Shown: positions 8,068-17,000 of the stretch, in pieces
Layout of the letters: each line of letters opens with the position of its first letter
Position numbering within the stretch: the stretch's first letter is position 1
From: a virus
Virus record (IMG/VR): IMGVR_UViG_3300045988_133913
Coordinates: 2,382 to 66,381 of that record
Length of the DNA stretch: 64,000 nt
Reading direction: 5' to 3' (one strand)
Position numbers and translations under genes: made by a program
The notes under the pieces: model-generated
Databases searched by the model: none
What the model was told of the DNA's origin: nothing
Seen by the model: only the letters and a program-made list of their open reading frames with translations

Positions 8068-11000
8068 ATGGCGAAGAACAATTCTCTCGAAACTCCCCTC
8101 TCCATGCCTAAACTGCCTGACCTCGACCAAGACCTGTTCGGCGCGGGCGCAGGGGCGATATTCAACCAGTCCGATGACCTGCTCAACCCGAAGGCGGTAG
8201 CGCCTCTGGGGGCGCAGCAAGGCAAACTTTCTCCGGCTGCACAGGCGCTGGCATCGGCACAGCGTGAGCAGAACGACCTGCTGAACTACGCGACTGAACA
8301 GCAGGCGAAAATCCAGCAGCAGGAAGCCCGCCAACAGGCAGCGTTTGACCGTCAGCAGGCGGCACAGCGCCGGGAAACCGACGCGGCTATCCGCCAGTAT
8401 CAGCGGGACAAAAAGGAGCGCGAGAAGGCGCTGAAAGAGAAAGCGAAGGAACAGGGCGGTGTGCTAGGCGCTGGCGCGGATGGTTCGTTTGTCCTGAAGC
8501 CGATGGTTGAAACCATCCTAGCTGATAAGAATTGGAAGGACATCAAGTCCAGCTTCCAGCGCGAGGACGAGGCGCAAGGCTGGCTGAAAGAAAAAGCCGT
8601 TCAGTTGAAGGAGCAGGGCATCCCCGAAGACCTCATCAACAACGAGCTGCGGGTGGCTGGCGCGCTGTTCAAGCAGGATACGGACGCCTACACCAAGCAG
8701 CGTTCGGAAGACCGTGCTGACCCGCTCGATGCGGTTTCATGGCTAGGTAAGGCAGGGCGCAACCTATACAAAGGCACGGTGCTGTGGCTATCCCCGGTAT
8801 GGAACAAAACCATCGGCAAAACGGGGCTTACTTTCGACACGGAGGAGTTTGTCCGCGAACAGAATGACGCGATAAATTCCATTGATTCAACGTTGTCCGA
8901 CAAGATTCACTTTGCCCAAGAGAACAACGAATACCTGACCCAGAAACGCCGGGCGCAGGGTAAGGACGGACTTGTTGCAGGATTCACAGGCGGCATCGCC
9001 GATATGTGGAAAGCGGACAATATGCTTTACACCATGCTGGACTCCGCCGCTTACATTCCTTACTCCGCCGCTGTAGGCGCGAGTGCGGGGGCGTTTGCTT
9101 CTCGCGTCGGCGCGGCTACTCGTCTTACCCCGGCGATTGAAGGTATTACCGCGCGGGTAAACGCCGCTGCGGCTGCACCGGGTGCAAGTCTCGCGACGCG
9201 AATCGGCGCTAAAGCGGCTTCTCACCTGTTATCTTCCGAGGTAGCGGGTGGTATGGCGACTACCGGGTTCTTTGCCGCCACGGACGCCGCTGGTGGCGCA
9301 TACGACGCCGTTTACAACCAAGACGAGGACACCTTCCGCCAGACCTACATCAAAGCAAACGGCGAGGAAAACTGGAACAACCTCGTGCAGTATTACGGCT
9401 CTGCGGGCAAAGCACGTGCAGCGCTCGCAGAACAGGCTGCGGTATCGGCAGGTAATTCCGCCTTCATAAACACCGCGCTGCTAGGCGCTGCCGGTTTGGA
9501 AACTACGCTGCTCAAGGCGAACAAGTTTGGGCTTCAGACGTTTGCGGGCAAGCGCTTGGCGACGGCTGGCGCTAACTCCGTGTCTGAACTCCTCGAAGAA
9601 GGCTTGACGCAATATTCACAAAACGTCGGCGCGCAGCCTGCGACTGGCGTGGATTTGCTGGAAGGCGTGCCGGAAGCAGCCGCTATCGGTTTCGTCGCAG
9701 GCGGCTCGATGGCAGGCGGTACGCAGGTGCTTGGTGCGCTAGGCAAAGGCGTAAAAAACTACGTCGCTCCAGAGTTCGATGCAGCACGGCTTGACCCTAC
9801 GCAGTACGTGCATCAGAATCAGTTGGACTACGACAGCTATCGGCAGGTGGTCGGGCGCGAGATGGACAACATCGCACGCACCGGACGCCGGGCTAAGTGG
9901 CACGAAACTGACATCGGCTCTGCGCAGCAGATGGCGTATGACACGATAATCGACGACCCGTCCAAGTGGGAATCCTTTACGCCAGACCAGCGCGCGCAGA
10001 TGCAGGAGTACCTGAAGCAAGCCTACAACATCAACACCAACCCGTATGCCCAAGTGGAGCGTCAAACGCTGACTGACATTTGGGAGAATGGCGACACGCA
10101 CGTACTGAATGCTTGGCTGCAAAGCGAGGAAAAAGGCATCGGCGAGGACATACGCAACGCCTTCCGTGTCAAGCACGGTGTCGAGTTAGAGAACGTGCCG
10201 GATGGTGTGCGCGCCTACTCTGAAGCGCTGGCTAACGCTATCGACTACCAGATTGCCGCCCCGGTACTACGCGACACGAACGAGCAATGGAAGGCGATGC
10301 GGGATTACGTCAAGACCCAAGTCGAGACTAACCCGACGCTCACCCGCGAACAGCAGAAAGGCATCGACGCCATTCTCGCTAATTACCTCGATGCAGGTCG
10401 TCGTCGCTTGACCGATGAGCAAGTCGCGGCGGCACAATCACAACCGACAGGACAACCCAATGAGCCAGCAAATACCGGCGCAGGACAAGGCGCGCCTACT
10501 GAAAATACTCAACCAGTCGCAGGAGAAAGCGGTGCAGCTCCGGCAGCAGGAGCAGGAAGCACAGGCGGAGAAACCCAAAGCGTGGGGCAGCCTGACGCTG
10601 CACCGGCAGGAGGAGTTAATCCTCAAGGCGCTGGAGTCGATAATGCACAGCAAGGAAATCAGCCCGGCGGTGGGACAGACGCTCCCGCCCAAACTGTTCA
10701 GCCTGCTGGAGGAGCAGCGCAAGCACCTGCATCTGGGGCGCAGCCGGGAGTTACAGCCCCGGTTGGAAATGCTGGTCAAACGGCTGCGGGACAAAGGGCT
10801 GCTGGACAGACCAGCGCAACCGGACAACCCGCTCAACCGATTAACCCCGGCGCAGCGCCGCAGGCAGGAAGCAGCGGAGGCGTTGGAGCTGCGACGCCAG
10901 AACGCAATCCAAATGGTGGAAGCAACCAAGCTGCTACCCAAGCGGTCGGTGTAACGGGCGCTTATAGCCCGCAGGCTGATTTACGCGATGCTAGTCATGC

Positions 11001-14000
11001 GTGGGCACAGTTATCCAAAGCGCAAAAATCAGCTCTCGCGAAAATTGGCATCAGCACCCCGGCGCAGTTGCTGGATATTCTGAAAAACGACGACACAGTC
11101 GCCGAAGCCGGGCAACGTCTGGCGCGGACTGGTCGCGTGCGCAGCATGACGATGAAGTCGGTGCAGGACGCGCTGAAAGCCGCCCGTGACTACATCACGT
11201 CGCCAGAGTGGGTGTTTAACAAGCTGACCCAAGACCAGCTCGGGCTTAGTGCCAACGAGGCAAGTATCCCCGCGGCGGTCGCAGCGCTTCAGGCAAGCGA
11301 CGAAATTACCGCACGGAAAATTAGCCAGCTCGCCAAAGGCGCGGCGGAAATCTACGGGCTGGAGGACGCCTCTAAGGAAGACAAAATCGCCTACGCAGCC
11401 AAGCTGCTGCTTGACATCGCACAGCTCGCCAAGACCTCACCACAGCTATTAGATGTGGCGATGCGGCTCAAGGGCGCGCCGGAATCGTGGTTTCAGGACG
11501 ACGTTGACAAGCTGCTGAAGAACGACATCTGGGCGACGCTCCAGTCTGCACCGGGCATTTTTGAACAAGCCGGGGTGGACTTCAGCCAGTCCCGCCCGAA
11601 CGTCACCCAGTCACAGCAGAATCTCTGGTCGGCGCGTGCGGTATTGTTCACGCTGAAGCAGAACATCAAGGCAGGCGATGCCAGAAGTAAAGCGGTTCAG
11701 GCAGGGCTGGATAAAGCCGCCAAGCGCATCACCGACATGGGCGGCGAAAAAGGACGCCTCTCGCTGCTGTTTTCGATGCTGGAAGCCGACAGCCGGGGCG
11801 AAGACCTGACAGGTTTTCTGGAAAACTACTACATCGGTTCGCGCGCTTCGGCAGATGCTATCGCGGGCGTTATCCGCGCGTATCAGGATGCGAAAACCTA
11901 CATGGCATCCCCCGACTTCCAGAACAGCCTGCGGGCGGATAACTGGCTGCGGCAGGCGGACAAGTCGGTTTACGTGCAGGCTATCCGCGATTATGTGCGC
12001 AATAATTACGCAGCATTCAACCAGATGCTGATTCAGGATGCCGAAGTGGCGTCTGGCAAGAGCGCCCGCACGCGCGTCGCTGGCACGAATTTTGAAACGC
12101 AGGCAGTAAACACCGACATTCTTGCCGACGTACTGGCTGATGTGGTGCATAACACCGCACGCCTCGGACGGGAGTATGCAGGCGAGATTGCCCGCTCCTA
12201 CGCCGGACGGGATGAAAACGGCAACCGGGTTATCAAGCCGTCTGCGGTCAAGCGTTTTCTGGAACAAGCAGATACCATCGCAGCTAACCTTCGGCAGCAG
12301 TATCTGGACGGTAAGCTGGCGCAACAATCCACCCAGCCTGAAGACGAGTCCGAGCAGTTGGTACAACAGGGCGACGACCTTTCCCGCCTGATGGAGGAGT
12401 TCAACGCCGGGCAGCAACCGGATGCCGACGCGGTCATGGGCGACCTCGACGACGCCGTTCGCGGCATTCCGGCGCAGCCGCGCAATGGTGAGAAGCAGAT
12501 TAAAAACGGTGGCTTCGACAGCCCTGAAGCGGCAGAAGACGCGCTTTCCCCGGAGTTGTTCCAGCACCCGGAAACGGTGGAAGAACTCGATACGCTGTTG
12601 CGGTCCATCGCAGAAACAACTGGGCTAGACCCGCTGCTGGTCGGCGAGTATATTGCTCGTGAGTGGTTGAGCCAGTCGGAAGAAGACTACGCAGATGCGT
12701 CAACAGACGAACTGCTGGACATGGTGTACGACGCGGCTAACGATATTTGGATTTACGTTGGAGAACAGAATGCAACACAACAAATTGCAGATACAAAACG
12801 TCTCGAAGGACCTCGCTCGATTACTGCCGACGGACGGCGCATCACGCGACAATCTCAAGACCCTACTGGGTCACTGGCAAGAGCGTTACAGCCGAACCTC
12901 TCCGGCGGCGCATACGCACAGCTAGCCCGTCCTAGCCAGCCTGCCCCGGTGCGACTTGCGATAGCACCTGTCGAGGAGATTGTTGCCGAGTTCGGCGGGC
13001 AGGAGTTCTCCCTCGCTGAGATTATCGAGAATACCGAAAACCAGCGGGGAGACCGTTCACCCACGCTAGGCGAACTCGCACCGGAAGATAACAACGCCCC
13101 GCGCCCGGTTATCGAACTGACGGTAAATGGCGTGAAGCACCGGGGCAGGCTATTCCGCTGGCGTGACCGCAAGAACGGTCGTAATCGTCGTCATGTGGTG
13201 TTTGTCCACGACGGCGACGCTTTCGGTATGCGTGGGTGGGACGATAAGTGGATAGACTTTGGTAATGCTGTTACCCGCAAGCGTGTGGACAGCATCAACC
13301 AAAACGACGGCATCCGCATCGAGGTGCTGGCAGACCAATCTGAAAATCAGGAGCAAACAAATGATAAAACCGAGAAACGTACTCAGCGAACTGGGCGCAG
13401 CGAGACCGAGGATGAAAACAATTCAGGAATCGTGGGGGACGTTCGAGATGCCGATGTCGCCGCGCGAGGAAGCGACAACACGGATGCGCGAGCTGATGAA
13501 TCCGAGCAGGACGAAGGTTCTGGGCAGTCCGATGAAAGTGAACGCGGAAGTGGAGCGGCTGAAGGACGACTAGAAACCCCTGCGCCCGTAGATGTTCCGC
13601 AGGGGCTAGACTACACCCCCGAGCAGGTAGCAGAAATTGACCCGGCGTCGCTTACGGCGGATGAGCGTGCAGCACTTAACCGCCAAGACGATACGAGCGA
13701 GTTTATTGCTAACGCCCTCTACGACATCGAGGGCGCGCTGGAAGATTTCGGTGGGGAAGATTCTGCCGCCCTGCGCAGCGGGCTTGCCAAAATGGCAGCG
13801 CTGCTGGCAGACCCTGCTGCGCCAAGACGGGCTACGCCGACGACGGTTACCGAACAAGCCGCCGGGCGCAAAGAGGTTGCCGACATTATCACCGACGAGG
13901 AGCGCGACATTCTCGACGCCTACCTCGAAGACGTCGGTAACACCGAGCAGAGCGCGGAGGAGTTTGCCGAAGAAGCCATCGCCGACAACCAGTTCGAGGA

Positions 14001-17000
14001 TAGCAGCCTGCCGAAGAAAGTCCGCGCTGTGCTGGAGCGTATCTGGAACGCGCTGCGCAACGGCATGGCGGCTGTCTCGATGGCGTTGGCGGTTCACCTC
14101 GGCTCAAGTATGGTCGTCAGCCAGCCTGCCGAAGCCGCGAACCTCACTCCGCAGGCAGGCGAGGTGGTTATGAGCAGCGCTGCCAAAGCGTCGCTAGACC
14201 ACATCATCGACACCGCCGACAACGGTGGACGCCCGTTTGTGATTGCCGACAAAAAGGCGGGCAAGCTGTACCTGATGAACGCCGAGGGCAAGGTGGTGGA
14301 CACCACTCCGGCGCTGTTTGGCAAGACGCCTTCCGACGCCGCGAAGACGGCGGGTGCTACGGGTGCGGGCAAATACGACCTGACCTACAACCGCGACACC
14401 CGTCTGCCATCCGGTTACGCGGGCAGCGTGCAGTCGTTCGACACCGGAGCAAATGGCGAGCAGTTTGCCATCCACCGTGTTATTGACGTCAAGGGGCAGA
14501 ACCGTCAGAGCCGACTGGATAGCAAGACCGTCCGCGACAACCGCATCACGCTTGGTTGTATCAACGTTCCGGCGGAGTTCTACGACGCCCACCTAGACAA
14601 CGAGCTAGGCGCGGTGCTGTACGTGTTGCCGGAAACCGCTAACTGGGGTGGCGACCTGTATGGCAAGACCCCCCGTCAGTCTGCACAGCCGACGCCACAG
14701 GCGGTTAAAATCGCAACCGAGGGTACTTCCCTTACCCCAGAGCAGTTACTGGCTGCAACGCGCTCTCAGGCGGATAATCTGATAGCGAACGTACGTGGCA
14801 ACATGGACAACGCCAGCTACCAGCCTGTGCAGGTAACACCCGAACAGTTACAGGCGGCGACGGAAGCCGGGCGGAAGGTAACGACCCAACCTGTGCAGGC
14901 GCAAGCGCCCATCCAGATTGCGGGCGTCCAGCCGTCCACGCAGACCGCCTATATCAGTCCGGTCATGGTAAACGGTGTATCCGCTAACACCCTTGTCGTG
15001 CCGTTCGAGGCGCATACCCCTGCCGAGATGCAAGCAAATGGCGTGTTCGACACACAGCCTGTAGGTAACAAGACCGAGAGTGGGGATAGCCTGTACACCA
15101 TCGCGTCGTGGCTGGCTGCCGCGTTCGCTGCGGGCAAGGTGAATAGCCGTCGCAAGAAGCGTCTGGAGAGCCGCAAGAAAGCCAACGAGGAACGGTTGGC
15201 GCGGATTGAAGCGAAGAACAATCCAGAGCTGAAGTCTGAACCGGAGGACACTTCCGTCGTTCCAGACGAAGCCGAGGTGGAAACCGCCGTCGCCGACAAC
15301 CACGACGTGCAGGCAGCCTTTGCGAAACAAGCCGGTACACACAACCCGCAGACGCCGCTGTCGCAGGCGGTCGCGCAGGCTGTGCGCCAGCAGAACGTGC
15401 TGGAGAATAAAGCCGATTGGATTCATGCATTCGCGATGCGGTATTCCAGCGATGAGGCGCAGTACCAGCAACTGCTCGCCACGATGGGCAATTTCGAGTA
15501 CAACCTCGGTGGTGTGCTGACCGACCGCTCTTACACCCAGAGTGGTGACTTCCGTGACCGCAGGCGCTGGCGCGGCGACCAGACTGATGCAAGCCGTGTG
15601 GGGATGTTGCAGGCGTTCATGCGCTTCGCAGGCGGGGCGACGGTTGCGTTCGATAATCTGTTGCACCGTGTCGGGTCTGCCGCGTTCGGACACGAAGCCG
15701 ACAGCGCCATCGCCAGCAAGATGCTCTCGCAGGTACGCGCCAAGTCGTCCGGGGCGTATGCGCAGCTACACAAGACGCTCATCCACCCACTCGTCATGCA
15801 GACCGCCACGCTTGCCAGCCAGATGCGTCGGGGTCACGGCGAGATTGAAATCGACACCGGCAGAACCGCCACGCTGAACCACATCCTCAACGAAGGCGCG
15901 GAGCAGATGTGGAAAGGTGCAGAGCTGGAAATCGCCAAGATGAAGCTGGACTTGCAGGAGGTGGAAGCGCAAATCCGTTCTACCGCTGCCGGGTCGCAGA
16001 TTCAGCAGACGTGGACGAGCAAGCAGTTGCAACTGCTGAAGGACATCGAAGCCGCCCAGACACTCCTAGACCGCCAGCGCGATATGTACTACGGGCGCGA
16101 GGAGTGGGACGGCACGACTGACCTGCCGGGTGGTTACACCGAGGCGCAGGCTAAGACCGAGCTGCAAGCGCTCAAGGATAAATACGGGGAAGACTTCGCC
16201 AAGATTGAAGCGCACAGCAAGGAGCTGGTGCAGACCATTCAGGGCATCCGCAACTTCGCCGCCGCTGCTGGGGTAGTAACCAACGACCAGCTAGCGATGT
16301 ACAACGAGATGGGCTTCAAGGAGTACGTACCGCTGTATTCGCCGCAGGAAGATGTATCCAAGACTGACGAAAGCATCAGCATCATGCAGACCTCCCGCAT
16401 GGACAGACTGCTGGAAGGTATCCCGCTGGCACAGGCGAAGTCGATGGGGCTGACCCGCGACCTCTCCCGCTTTAAGCGTAAGGGCGCAACCAGCCCGGCG
16501 GAAGACGCTTATACCAACATGAAGGTGTATGCGATGAACACCGCAGGACGTGTGGGGCAGCAGGGCTGGTTGCAGGCGGTGCAGCAGCTCTACGAAGGCA
16601 CAATCGGCAAGCCGTACTCCGTGGCGGGTAACCTCGGCGAAGAAACGCTAAAAGAGCTGAACAGCCAGCCGGAAGGCAAGCTGCCGGGGCTGATTCGTGT
16701 GCGTCCGGGTATGGAGGATTACCTGCCTGCCCACTTGCAGACCGCCATCGCAGCACCGGGTGGACGCATCCGCGCTATCCGCGCCAAGGGCTACAACAGC
16801 GCAGGCGAGCTGGTGGACTACCACTACTACTTCACGGACAAGGCAATCCAGCAAGAGGTTTACTACACCTCGGACACCAGCGAGAGCTTCATGATGCGTA
16901 TCGGGCGCAACGCCGGGACAATTACCCGGTTCGCCGCGCGGATGATGACTACCTTCCGCCCCGTCTGGAACGTGTACAACTGGGTGCGGGACAGCATCGA

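Noticed and set aside
10415-10954. Long ORFs in alternative frames on both strands (10415-10954 +, 10438-10941 -) inside the giant gene
   Set aside because: They overlap the P/A/G/Q low-complexity linker, where GC-rich repeats keep all frames open. No independent start or SD. Shadow ORFs.
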